This document shows, in pieces, positions 35,839 through 52,676 of a DNA stretch of 64,000 nt. How positions within the stretch are numbered: the first letter of the stretch is position 1; the number at the start of each line of letters is the position of its first letter. The translations under genes and the position numbers were made by a program. The notes below the pieces were generated by a model. The model did not search any database. It had not been told where the DNA came from and saw only the letters and a list, made by a program, of their open reading frames with translations. This DNA comes from Podarcis bocagei (taxonomy: Eukaryota): the NCBI GenBank assembly GCA_964188305.1, contig OZ076888.1; one strand, given 5' to 3'.

Positions 35839-36689
35839 CCCTGCCACTCAGAGCCTGTGGAGAGAGGAAGCAGTGTTAAGTAGATACTGGACATCAGGTT
35901 TAGATGGAAGGCAAAGGCTTGGTGCCAAATATTCAGCGGTTGAGTCTACTGCTCCAGAATCACAATGCTAAGGGATGTAGGAAGGTGGAAGAGTCACGGC
36001 TGATCATAGGATAGTGCTGAGGGTGAGGAGTCACTCTCACTTCAGATGACTCCAGTGCAGCATTGGTGGAAAGGTTTTGCTCACCCACCACTGTCCATGT
36101 GAGTAATGACAGCTAGCAGAATGCACCCAGAGTTGAATGTGTCCCCTCTGTGGCTCTGCCAATTCTCCTGCCCATCTTCCGAGATGGAATACCCAGGCGT
36201 GAATGTATATACACTGAGTTCAAAGGGCAAGAGATTGCCCAGAGCACACACAGCACCCCAAAGGCCAAAGAGGCACATCTATGAAGTTTGCATTTGGATT
36301 TCCTTTCCCAGCATAATGGAGAAAACAGCTATCAGTGGTTACTAGCCATGATGGCTATGCTCTGCCCCCAGTTGCTGGAAACTGAAGAAGGGCAGAAGGG
36401 GAGAGTGCTTCTGCGCTCAGGTCCTGCTTGCAGGTTCCTCCCAGACATCTGGTTGGCCTCTGTAAGAACAGGATGGTGGACTAGACAGGTCATTGCCTGA
36501 TCCAACAGGCTCTTCTTCAGCTCTCATAGCAAAGGGAGAGAATGACTGAGGAAACCAGGCATCTCATGAGTGGCAGAGATACAGTGCCCTTTCCCCAAAG
36601 TTGTTTGCTGTGGTGTAGTCCAGAATTTTTAGGGTAGGGGGGATACCTTGAGTTAGGGATGGACCCTTCCAAAACAGAAGACAAGCCCA

Positions 36690-37145
36690 TATAGAGCTGA
36701 GCACCTACGAGATTTAGAGAGCTGAGATGGAAATTGCAGGAACTACCAACGATTGAGGGGTGGCAGGCAAAGATGATGGACTATGCGGAACTGGCCAAGC
36801 TGACAGACAGCTTCCGGAACCAAGACGACCAAAAGTTTCAAAGAGAGTAAATTTATTGACCACATGAATAATTATTGTAAAAATGTGAAGACACTAGTGG
36901 GATTGATATAAATCATGCAATGAGAAAACTCTAAATCTAAAAACTTTATAGACCATTGAGACAGAGTTGATCATAAGGATATAAAGGTCTGAAGTAGAGG
37001 ATATAAAGTGTGGCACAAAGATTTGAAAATTAAAAAACCGGTTGAAGGGATGGAGGGAAGTCACGAGCTCAGTAGAGCAAAGAATTTATTTGTTTTGCTT
37101 TTGGTATGCTGAAATATTGTGTTAAAAGAAATTAATAAAAATTAT
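36690..37145 (+). mobile_element. 3' fragment of an L1/Tx1-like LINE (ORF2 end, 3' UTR, A-rich tail); a similar older remnant lies at ~27080-27405
   Basis: Remnant peptide EGWQAKMMDYAELAKLT...NYCKNVKTLVGLI*, then an A-rich UTR ending AATAAAAATTA, where a MITE has inserted. Confidence 0.55.
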
Positions 37146-37146
37146 A

Positions 37147-37373
37147 CAGTGGTACCTCAGGTTACATATGCTTCAGGTTACAGACCCTGCTAACCCAGAA
37201 ATAGTACCTCGGGTTAAGAACTTTGTTTCAGGATGAGAACAGAAATTGTGTGGCGGCGGCGCAGTGGCAGCAGGAGGCCCCATTAGCTAAAGTGGTGCTT
37301 CAGGTTTAAGAACAGTTTCAGGTTAAGAACGGACCTCCGGAACGAATTAAGTACTTAACCTGAGGTACCACTG
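37147..37373 (+). mobile_element. Mariner-type MITE (CAGTGGTACCTC family)
   Basis: TA|CAGTGGTACCTCAGGTT ... AACCTGAGGTACCACTG|TA; very similar to copies at 51965, 56697 and 57843. Confidence 0.9.
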
Positions 37374-37681
37374 TATTTTTTAAAAAGGAGATTTAGAGAG
37401 CTGACATGCAGGGAGGGAGAGGATTGAATCCTTGCTCCCATGAATCTTTTCATCTCTGCAAAATATTTCTGGGTTGGGAAAGAATTGACTGGTGAGAGGG
37501 GGTGGGGAGCCAACAGTGATACCTTCCCAAACCCAGTCCTGGTTATGTGAGAGTTCAGCACATCCCCTTGACATCTCTACCTCAGTTGGGGAAAATATCC
37601 AATTTAGACCTGTCTACTAAAGCTAGCAGGGCTAAGGAGGCCAAAATGATAAAAGAGGAGGAACAAAATGATGGCACTTAC

Positions 37682-37883
37682 CTGTTCGCAGAACTCCAGC
37701 ATCAAGCTGCAGCTAATCTAAGAGCAAGAGGGAACCTGAGCTAGGCCAGCTCTGGAGAAAGCTGATCTTGGCCAATTAATATTAACCAAGAATGTGACCC
37801 TACGAACCCCTCAGGGGTGGTGACAGTACCAGCAAGGTGGAACTTAGTAAGGGGGTCACAGTGCAGAAATGAAACAAAGAGAC
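37682..37883 (-). other. Candidate 5' UTR exon 2 of ZDHHC16 (202 nt)
   Basis: Acceptor TTCCTTTTTAG at 37884 and strong donor CAG|GTAAGT at 37682/37681, between exon 1 and the ATG exon. Predicted from splice motifs only. Confidence 0.55.
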
Positions 37884-38436
37884 CTAAAAAGGAATTTGGC
37901 ACCACTGTCGAGAGATCAAATTATTATTTTTAGCGTATGGAAACTTAGGGAAGTAGGCCTATGGTGGACTCTGCAGCAACCATTATGCCCAATCTCCACT
38001 TATATCTTACTGTACAGTACTAGCAACCTCTCACTCCACTCAAATTCTACTTGCCTCAAAAAGGTGTTCTGGTGCTCTCAACAGAGTACATTCCTTGTAG
38101 TTAGTCTGAACACAAGTGACCCTATTTTGGTTCATCTTAGGGTAAGTTATAGCTGCACATTAAACAGGGACAATACCTCACAGCCTCTCACACATGAATG
38201 TATTTTCACAAGGATGGGAGGGGAGAGGATCAGCATAGTTCTGGATCTTCTTAATTCTGCTTCTGTAGAAACTTTGGTAAAATTGAACAACATGTTGCAG
38301 AATTCCTGCAGCGCTCTGCCCAGTAGCCAAATAAATAGCAAGAACACCTCCAAGTCTCTCCCCCACCCCCAAGGAAAACAGATTATTTTACTTGGTTCAC
38401 AACAGAATGCATTGTTGTAAACCACTTTGAGATTTA

Positions 38437-38484
<48 letters not shown>
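38437..38484. repeat. (AAT)n microsatellite
   Basis: Read directly from the sequence. Confidence 0.9.
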
Positions 38485-38485
<1 letters not shown>

Positions 38486-38899
38486 TCACATAATTAGTTT
38501 TTATGAGGCAATACATTTAGAATCAAAATTAGAGCTTTCAGGCAAAGTATACCAGCTCATATGCAGCTAGATGATAAGTGTGTTCGCACACAGCAGCCCG
38601 TCTGTGTTGACATTACAGCAGAAAATAACACACACAGAGAGAAAGAAAGATAGAGAAGCATTGTCTCTGCACCCAGAGCTCGGCCCATTCTCTGCCAGTT
38701 GAGCAGAGCTGGCATCCTTCCTGAGCGCGGATTAAGGGTGATTTCTGAAGGCAGCATTGCCCCTCTAGCAGATGGCAGCAACAGCAGAAGTCACACAAGG
38801 TAAGATTAACCACTGAGATGGTTATGAGACAGCGAGACCTGCGTGGGTGAGTCAATGGGCTCCCAGTGGGGTGGGGGAAGGGATTCTGTCTCCACTATA

Positions 38900-39930
38900 T
38901 TTTCTAAGAAAAGGGAGATCAGCTGAGGTTAAAGCTCCACCTCCGCGTGAGCCCCAGCTCGCCTGCTCTAGGCATAACGGCCCCAGAGGCGGTCACTGGA
39001 ACAAACCCCAGAGAGAAGTGGGGACAGGGAAGAAGCACCATTCGTATGCATCCCACGAAAGCTCTGTAGAGGCGTGGGGACCTGAAGGCGCGTGTCTACC
39101 GAGTTCAGCGGCTCATAGCTCTCTCTAGCCATGCCTCCCGGGGACGGTCTGTTCCAACGTGCATTCCAAGGATGCAGTCATTCGGGACGCTGCTAAGCAA
39201 TATCTGGGAAAGCGAAGAGCACCGAGCCCCAGCTTTGTTGCCCAGACCGGGCACGGCAGCCTTAGCAAACAGACGAAGCCCTTAAGCAGCAATGGAGAAG
39301 AGGAGCTACCCGGCGGCGAAAGAGCACCGGCTCTCCCGAAGCGTGCAGGGGAAACGAGGTCTGCCCCAGCATGCACCGCAGGACCACCGCGCGTCAGAGG
39401 GATCCCCCTCGCCTTACCTGGTGCTGCCATGATCAGGGTGTAGTCAAACCGAGACTACCACCCGCTCCCCGCGTTACCGCATCCACCGAGGCATCCTGCT
39501 CCCTGTCTTTGACCACCCTCACCCTTGCGCATGCGCGACTCTACGCCGCGAGCGCCAAGCCGAACTACGATTCCCGTCACCCACTGCGCGTCGCTTCGCA
39601 CGGTCTCCTCGCGCTTTCTGCCTATGGTTCTCCCTCTGTGTGCCCCGCACGCCCCGTTTTCTATAATAGCTCTTCCGCCAAGGGAGAAAAGCGTGCGCGC
39701 GGGGAGGAAGTCATGTGACAGCAGAGCCGGCCAATGAGGCAGCGGCTCAGAGCCCTGTTTTCGGTGGGGGAGACTTGCTTCGGAAGGCGCGTTTCCCGCG
39801 AGGGAGGCCGCCGCTTAGACTCGCCCCGGGCAGGATGGCTCCCGCGCGGTACTGCGTCCCTGGTGGGTGACTGGGAGAGCCGGGGCGGGAGGAGGGAGGC
39901 GTCCTGGCTGGGTGCAAAAACGAAGTCGCG
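38900..39930. promoter_or_regulatory. CpG-island bidirectional promoter of ZDHHC16 and EXOSC1
   Basis: NRF1 motif TGCGCATGCGC 39526-39536; ZNF143/THAP11-like ACTACGATTCCC 39564-39575; M-box/CLEAR-like GTCATGTGAC 39710-39719; CCAAT 39731-39735. About 420 bp separate the ZDHHC16 exon 1 donor from the EXOSC1 ATG. Confidence 0.85.
39418..39520 (-). other. Putative first (leader) exon of ZDHHC16; 5' boundary approximate
   Basis: Donor CAG|GTAAGG at 39418/39417 inside the CpG island shared with EXOSC1. Confidence 0.65.
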
Positions 39931-42900
39931 CTATTGAAGTTCTTCTTTGGTGATCACTCGTAGCCGAGTGTGATTGTCTTCCATAAACATGGTCTTAACC
40001 GTGAGTCCATAAGTGACTGTGGAGGCCAATTCTGGATCCACACGTCTTTCCACAGTGGGGACATAGGTTGCCAGGCGGGAGTTGGTCAAGGTGAGGGTTT
40101 GCCAAGCGTGCCTTCCTCTTATGGCTGGCAGGTGCACAGCTTCCCTCCCAAGCCTCTGCGGGGATTGCTCTCTTGCAGCAGCATGGGGGAGAGTTGTGCC
40201 CCCCCCCCATGGCTGGCAGTGCTCAGCTTCACGTGCCCCCCCATCCGTGGTTATTTGGGGGCGCTGGGCAGATATTTGCACCCCGACGCCGCATCTGCTA
40301 AAGACGGACTGGGTGTTTATACTACATTTTTAAAGATTTGCCTTGAGAGAGTCTTTAAACCTCTTTTGTTGACCACCAGCATTATGCTTTACATTTTTAA
40401 GTTTGGAATAGAGCAGTTGCTTTGGAAGATGATAATCAGGCATCTGAACAACATGACCAGTCCAACTAAGTTGATGTTGAAGAATCATTGCTTCGACACT
40501 GGTGATCTTTGCTTCTTCCAGTACACTGGCATTAGTTCACCTGTCTTCTCAAATGATGGTTAAAAAATTTTGGAGACACCATTGATGGAATATTTCAAGG
40601 AGTTGGAGATGGCGTTTATAAGTGGTCTATGTTTATAACTCCAGGTAGCTCAATGGGAGAGGTATCAGGACAGTCCGTGTTCAGGATGGCAACAGTGGCA
40701 AACTGCAACACAGTTGTGCAGCCGGGTAATGTTAGGATTTGTGCCTCCTCTCCCTCCTGCCCCCGTTTTAAACCATAGGAAAGTTTTAAATGTTTGATAC
40801 GCACCTGTTAACAGCATGATGAGAGTCAATAAATAGGGCTGGGGGTACATGAATTGGTCCTGCTTTTCACTATGGCAGCTTCTCCTGCTGCGTCTGTTAC
40901 TGTCTGAAAGGACAGTCAACTCTAGGCAATGAGATGTTTGACTTGCATTCTGTCCTGCAGGAGAGAGACTCTGCAGCTTAGAGGAAGGAACCCCTGGAAG
41001 CGGCACCTACACCCGTCATGGTTCGATCTATGCCTCCCTGGCTGGTTGTCTCATGAAGAAAAGTGAGAATGGCATGGTGAGACTGAAGCAACCTCTGGGC
41101 AACAGTATGAGGGGGTGGTGTAGTGGGAATTGCAAGGACTGAATGCTTTGGTGTGAGCAGTGCTAGTTCATAGTGTAGGACCAAGAGAGGAACTAAGTTG
41201 GGGAGGTGGGGAGTGCATAGCTGTGACCTTGGATGAGTCAACATAGTTCAGTTGGTTAGAGCATGGTGCTGATAATGGCAAAGTTACAGGTTCAGTCTCC
41301 ATATGGAACAGCTGCATATTCCTGCATCCCAGGGGGTTGGACTAGATGATCCTCAGGGTCCTTTCCAACTCTACAGTATGATTCTGTGAATAGCTGTGGA
41401 GCTGTTCTGGGTCTCACAGATTCTTGACTGGAGGTGGGTCTGTGCAAGAAGGCAGGTGAGCTTCATGTCATGTGAACTGGATGGTGCATAATCATGACAC
41501 CCTATAAAGCCTGAAATGTATCCTGTGGCACCTGTAGTGATTAGATGCTTACATTTATATTTTCCTGTGAATCGCCCTGAGACCTGTGGATATAGGGCAG
41601 TATAGAAATTTAATAAATATTAACAACAACAAGTGTATGATCAGCTGGTAATCCAGAAGAAGTTTTGAGACATGGTTATCTTATAGTAGTAATAATAATA
41701 ATAATTTATTATTTTTACCCCTCCCATCTGGCTGAGTTTCCCCAGCCACTCTGGGCGGCTTCCAATCGAGTGTTAAAAACAATACAGCGTTAAATATTAA
41801 AAACTTCCCTAAACAGAGCTGCCTTCAGATGTCTTTTAAAGATAAGATAGCTGCTTATTTCCTTCACATCTGAAGGGAGGGCGTTCCACAGGGCAGGCAC
41901 CACTACCGAGAAGCATGTCTGGTTCCCTGTAACCTCACTTCCCGCAATGAGGGAACCGCCAGAAGGCCCTCGGTGCTGGATCTCAGTGTCCGGGCTGTCA
42001 TATTAACACTTGTAAGACAGTAGTTTTCAACCATGAGTCCCCCAGATTCGTTGAACTGCACCTATTATCCCTGGCCATTGGCTAAACTGGATGGGGTTGA
42101 TGGGAGTTTTAGTCCATCCACACCTGAGGACCTGTGGTTGATGAGCACTGCTCTAAAGCAATGCGTCAAATAAATCATGACTAGTCTTTGCTTCTCTTTA
42201 GCTCCCGGTGGTTTCTGTGATGAGGGACGTGGAATCTCAGCTTCTTCCTGATGTGGGAGCTACAGTGACATGCAAGGTAACCTCATTTCTATCTTGGCAC
42301 AGTAGAATTGTCTTTCATTCATCTACTGGTGGGCCAAGGAAAGCAACAGGTTTGGCTGTGAACCAAATATAGAAGCTGTTTGCCACAAGTCTGACTATTG
42401 CAGCTGAGCAATGTTTTCTACATCTTTTTATGTGGTGTACTCCTTAGAGTGTCTGATTAGGGCCTGAGAGACCAGGGTTCAAATCCCTACTCGGGCATGA
42501 AGTTCACTGGGTGATCTTGAGCTAGTCACCAACTCTTCGCCTCCCTTATCTCACTGGGTTGTTATGAGGATAATATGGAGAGGAGAATCATGTTTGCCAC
42601 CTTGACTAGCTTTGTGGGGAAAGGTGGGATATAAATGTCTTGATATATAATAAAATGGCATGGATGTTTTCGCACAGCAGTTTGCTTGGCTTGTGGCACT
42701 GCAAGCTACAGTGTGACAACAGACTTCTGAGAGCTACTTGTCCATCACAGCAGTGTTGGGGAATGAGACAAAGGTGGTAGGAGGAGAGAGATGGAGGCAG
42801 GTGTCTGGCCCAGTCGAACCATGGAAGAATGGCCAGGAAGGGCTAGGCAGCAGCCCAGCAACCATCCTGCTCTGCTGCTGCCTGTCTCTCCAGTGACACC

Positions 42901-45272
42901 ATTTCAGCCTTAGCAACATCAGAGGATAAGAGAATTGGAGGAGGGAGACAGGTGGGAAACCTAGGTGAGCTGAGGGCAAACTAATGGGAGCAGGTAGTGG
43001 TGGTTTGATGTGCTCTAATGGGAGGGGTTGACTTGGTGATGCATGAGAGGAGGGGGGGGGGGTTGACAAGTGGGTGGGTGTAGCTGGCAAGTGCAGGGAG
43101 CAAGAGCTCAGCCCCTAGTAATAAATATCAGGGCTCTTGGTCTGTTCAGCCCCAAATACCAGAAGCCCAAGTTCCTTCATTAGCAAGTCCAGTATAAACC
43201 TTGCAAGGATTGCCCTCGCCAGAACAAAGTGTTGTTGATGGAAAGGAAGAAGCACGTACTTCATCTCAAAAACTAGCTTTGATTTTTCTCCTCCACAGAG
43301 CAGAAAGCATCATCGACTGCAATCCTAAAATTACTTTTGTTACTTAGAAAAGTGGGAGGGGGAATTGCTGAGGCATTGAACTTACTGTTCCCTGTGATTA
43401 CTCTGCTCGATTTGTCCAATCTGAAATTCAGTTATGGTTTTCTCTCCCCTTTTTCCCCACCCCCAATATTCCCACCCAGGTTTGCAGCATTAACTCTCGT
43501 TTTGCCAAAGTGCACATCTTGTATGTCGGCTCTACACCATTAAAATCCCCATTCCGTGGAACTATCCGGTAGGAAGACAACTTTGTTGTGGGGGCTTCTT
43601 CTGAGGTGTTGGATGTCTGCACTTTTAGAGAGGAGATAAGGCCAGCCCTTACAAATATTTTGTTTTACTCTCATCATTAGCACTTGAGTGCTAGTGGGAA
43701 TTGGTTTATTATATTTATGTTCCTTTCATTTATATAATTTTGTTGTGGAACCCAAGGCAGTGTTTGGATCCCTGGCAGTCATCCATCTAGGCACTAGCAA
43801 GACCCAGATCTACTTCATTCAGTAAGGTGCTTGGCCTTTTGGTTTTTCATCTAAACTAGCTAACCCTTCCTCCAAAAGCTTCTTCTTCTTTGGCAATCGC
43901 TCATAGCCGAGTCAGTATAGTCAGTTTTCTTTTAGGGGAGGGAGAGGAGGACTAGGGTGAACTCTTACCTTCTTTTCTCCTGCTGCAGGAGAGAAGATGT
44001 CAGAGCTACAGAGAAAGACAAGGTCAGTGGAATAAACATTTTGGTTACATGTGATGGGCATAGGTAGTATTCCTAATGCGCATAGGCAGGAGCATTTCTT
44101 CCTGGCACGAACACATACATGTGTATGGCGGACTAGGACATGGGAGACTTTGAAGCCCTCTGGGTGGTGCTTCAGGGCTAGTCACCATCTCTCTGCCTAA
44201 CCTACCTCACAGGGTTGCTCTGAAGAGAGTATCGAGAGGGGGAGCAAGTGGGTTTGCCACCTTGAGCTCATTGGAGAAAACCGTGTGATAAAAAAATAAT
44301 AAAATCATTACTACTCTTGGGGAAACTTACCTGAGGAAAAGCAAAACCTTGTGGGGGCAAGAAGACATTTAGCAATGCCTCTTTTTGTACATTTGTTGAA
44401 GAAAAGGCTTGTGATTTCTGGATAAAGGATATCTTAGCACAAGATCTGGTGAATGTCCTCTTTGTGTTCAAATCGGCCATGTTTCACTGCACCCTTTCCC
44501 TCAAAGTTGTCTCAGTATTTTGCCTTTCACACTTTCTCTTTCCTTCCCACCTCATGCATGGTGACAGGTAGAGGTTTACAAGAGTTTCCGCCCAGGAGAT
44601 ATTGTTTTGGCCAAAGTTGTATCCTTTTCTTGTGTCTGCCTTTATGTGCTGTGTATGTATGTGCTAGCTGGAAGAGAAATCTTTAGGCATTGCACCTTAA
44701 CTCAACCTGTGGGGCTAGATCTCTCTGGGTGATGCACAGTCCAACTATTTGCTGACAACAGCGGAAAATGAGCTGGGGGTAGTGGTGGCTCATAGTGAAG
44801 CAGGTAAGACCAGCCTCGTTCCAAGCAGGTTGTACATAATGCTGAAATCTACTGAACATGCCAACATATTCTGGACCTCTTAAATGTATGGTTAAGGAAG
44901 AAGCATTAGTAACGTCACTATTGAGGGAAGACATTCTATAATATAGAATATCCGCTTAGGTTGTAAAGTGAAAAGGGCAGTTTATGGATGCAGTAACTAA
45001 ATTTTAGAGAGCCAGGTAGTGGTATATTTTTTATTAATTTAATTTATATACTGCCCTATATCTGGGGGTCTCATTGTGGTTGCAAGGCACCTTTAATGAG
45101 TGGAGGAATCTTTCTTTCCCTGGGAAGGGTGTCTGTGTAACTATGGATTTCTGTTCTGATTTCAGGAGTACAGATGGTGCCAATCAGCTGGTGTGAAATG
45201 CAGTGCCCCAGTACACATAGCAAGGAACTGCGCAAGGTAGCGAGAGTACAGCCCCAGTTTCTGCAGACGTAG
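39835..45272 (+). CDS. EXOSC1: Exosome complex component CSL4 (S1 and zinc-ribbon domains), 8 exons, 194 aa
   Basis: Exons: 39835-39862,40961-41076,42202-42276,43480-43568,43989-44022,44568-44618,44719-44803,45166-45272 (585 nt, open frame). Peptides [88 protein letters not shown]. Confidence 0.97.
39939..40630 (-). mobile_element. Degraded 3' fragment of an RTE-clade LINE in EXOSC1 intron 1
   Basis: Minus-strand remnants ...QLSWTGHVVQMPDYHLPKQLLY...GGQQKRFKDSLKANLK... and the C-terminal C2H2 finger CPHCGKTCGSRIGLHSHLWTH, ending in an (AAG)n-type tail. A short tail copy lies at ~43878-43915. Confidence 0.8.
41243..41388 (+). mobile_element. tRNA-derived SINE with a CR1-like tail, EXOSC1 intron 2
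   Basis: Same family as 22824-22970. Confidence 0.75.
41705..41997 (-). mobile_element. LINE (L2-like) 3' fragment; related pieces at ~16385-16475 (-) and ~24030-24205 (+)
   Basis: Shared CCCATCTGGCTGAGTTTCC-CAGCCACTCTG...TTAAAAACTTCC motif next to (TAA/TTA)n tails in three places. Confidence 0.6.
44619..44718 (+). other. U12-type (minor spliceosome) GT-AG intron 6 of EXOSC1, 100 nt
   Basis: Donor GTATCCTTTT at 44619; branch site CCTTAAC at 44695-44701; acceptor GGGGCTAG without a pyrimidine tract. Confidence 0.92.
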
Positions 45273-45568
45273 TGACTGATGTATGCCCCAAGATGCACAG
45301 CAAGTACATGAAAGGCTTTGCTACAGCTTGCAAGCTTAGAGGGGCATGGGAGCAGCCTCCTTTGCTGTTGCTGTGAATGGACCTTATGAGTGTGCAAAAC
45401 AGAGCTGGGCCACTTTGGCTTCTGGAATGGTCTGGGAAAGAAAAGTTGATAACTCCTGATTCCTCTTAACTTTATATTGCTGTTGTACTGTTTTATAAAC
45501 CAACCAACTCTTCCCTGTTGTCCCTGTCTTTTCTGCCTGATTTTAATCTTAACACCTGGTAAAGGACA

Positions 45569-45633
45569 AATAAAACTGTCTTCCATTCTTCCTTTCCGAG
45601 CCATAAGCAGTACTGTTTTTTATCTTTAATAAA
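45569..45633 (+). terminator. Candidate EXOSC1 polyadenylation signals
   Basis: AATAAA at 45569-45574 and 45628-45633. Confidence 0.6.
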
Positions 45634-45711
45634 TACCACCTATAGTCAATATAAAAGCTTTTCTCTAGAGGTGGTTAACTTCCTCCTTTGAACTTGGGTA
45701 CATTCAGTCCT

Positions 45712-46065
45712 GGGATGCGGGTGGCACTGTGGTCTGAACCACTGAGCCTAGGGCTTGCCGATTGGAAGGTCGGCAGTTCAAATCCCCGCGACAGAGTGAG
45801 CTCCTGTTGTTTGGTCCCAGCTCCTGCCCACCTAGCAGTTCAAAAGCACGTCAAAGTGTGAGTAGATAAATAGGTACTGCTCTGGCGGGAAGGTAAATGT
45901 GCGTTGCTCTGGTTCGCCAGAAGCGGCTTAGTCATGCTGGCCACATGACCCGGAAGCTGTCTGCGGACAAACACCAGCTCCCTTGGCCAACAAAGCGAGA
46001 TGAGCACCGCAACCCCAGAGTAGTCCACGACTGGACTTAACGGTCAGCGGTCCCTTTACCTTTTT
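45712..46065 (+). mobile_element. Sauria SINE, apparently full length, between the EXOSC1 and PGAM1 3' ends
   Basis: Head GGGATGCGGGTGGCACTGTGG, body GTAGATAAATAGGTAC...CATGCTGGCCACATGACCCGGAAG, tail CCTTTACCTTT; perfect 13-bp target-site duplication TACATTCAGTCCT at 45699-45711 and 46066-46078. Confidence 0.9.
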
Positions 46066-46805
46066 TACATTCAGTCCTAGATAGTTTGATCTAGTGAACC
46101 CCCTGCTCTTGTTGGAGGATATGCTATTGGAGAAGCAAGGGTGGTGATTAGGTGTGCAGGATCCCAGGCAGTGCCCAAGTTCTGAATTAGATAGCTCCAA
46201 GGCACTCGAGGGGGAGAACCAAAGGAATGAATGCCTAGTCACAAACAAAGGAAATTTGATATTGTTCCTATCTAAACATAAATGTTTGAATATAAGTAAA
46301 CCAGGATTGACCTTTGTGTTCCCTCCTATTACTCTTGTGTTCACATTTTCTGTATACAGTACTGGCTTATGTTTAGTATCCACAGAAGAAGAAAAGGAAA
46401 ACATAATGGTTTGAATCTCTCTCTTTGCCAGCAGGGCCACGTGGAAGAGGAATCCCGTACTTGGGAACTGTACTTCCCTGTTGATCAGTAGCAGTTGTGT
46501 GTGTGTAAGCCAACAGGGACACCAACCACCTGCAGTGCTCACCTTGGGAGTGGTTTGGGGATCAGCTAGAGTAGAACATAAGACTTCTCCTTATATGGAC
46601 TTTACCTACATGGGCTCCACAGCCAGTAGTTTTAAGATGGAACAAAAGATGACCTGGGGCCTTTTCAGACCTGCTTGCAGTGGATAGATACTGTGACTAA
46701 ATGGGAAAGGAGAGATGAAGAGTCAGCATAGGGGGGGCAACAAGTAACACTATTTCTTGGAATCAATAAGATTGTACAGACACAGGAGCTATTGCACATA
46801 ATTCC

Positions 46806-46811
46806 TTTATT
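46806..46811 (-). terminator. Candidate PGAM1 polyadenylation signal
   Basis: TTTATT on + (AATAAA on -), ~810 nt past the stop codon. Confidence 0.55.
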
Positions 46812-47621
46812 TTACTGAGATTAGGGCAAATGCAGCCATTGTACAGTGAAGTGAGCTCCAGTGTAAACCTGCCCTAAATCAGGCAGGGATACCACACAGA
46901 CTGTGGGGCAGAAAAGCAACACATGATGATACACAGTATCTGGGCTTACTGGCACTACACAGCAAAGTTACGGGATCGCAGCTGGAGATTCCAGGGTGGG
47001 TTCTGTTCCCTTTTCTCTTCCCCTAGCTTCACTCCTTCCTACAATCATTTTGAAGGCAATGAAATAAGGAGCTGGCTATTGTTACCTAATACAGAATCAG
47101 ATGTAACTCCAGGGACAACTAAAAATAAAAAAGACTCTTTAGCAAAATTACATGCTCTCTTTAAAAAGACCCATAAAAAATAAATGGTCCTTGAGCATCC
47201 CTGTTGTGCTGGCTGAAGCACCCCTAGCTAGCCTTAATCACCAGTGACCAAACCAAATCGAGCAATACTACTACAGCTGCCACATAAAATGGAAAGAAGG
47301 CAGGAGGGGCTCTCTCTTCGGAATGCTTGGGGATTCCCCCCTTCACTTTAGCAGCATCACATTCCATGGCGCTAGGGCTTGCTCATCTGCCAGACCCCTG
47401 TGCTGGACTGTGGTCCACATCCCTAGTGTATCTAGCCATATCCTGCTGGGGGGAAAGTGAATGTGGAAGGACGTTGGTCTTGAAGGAAAGAACGTGGTGG
47501 CCCCAGGAAGCTTCACCTCCTTTGGCTCGTCTGCCCAGTCCCTCAGGCTGTGGCAGGCATGTGCTGGGAAGGAAAGGGATGAGGGAGGGGGAGATCTTCT
47601 ACGGAGTACTTGGGTTTGCCT

Positions 47622-52676
<5,055 letters not shown>

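Noticed and set aside
37869-38420. 183-aa, 177-aa (45071-45604) and 204-aa (45928-46542) ORFs
   Set aside because: No recognisable domains; they are antisense to gene introns or UTRs, or run through a SINE.
39970-40563. 197-aa plus-strand ORF in EXOSC1 intron 1
   Set aside because: Antisense shadow of a degraded RTE LINE fragment.
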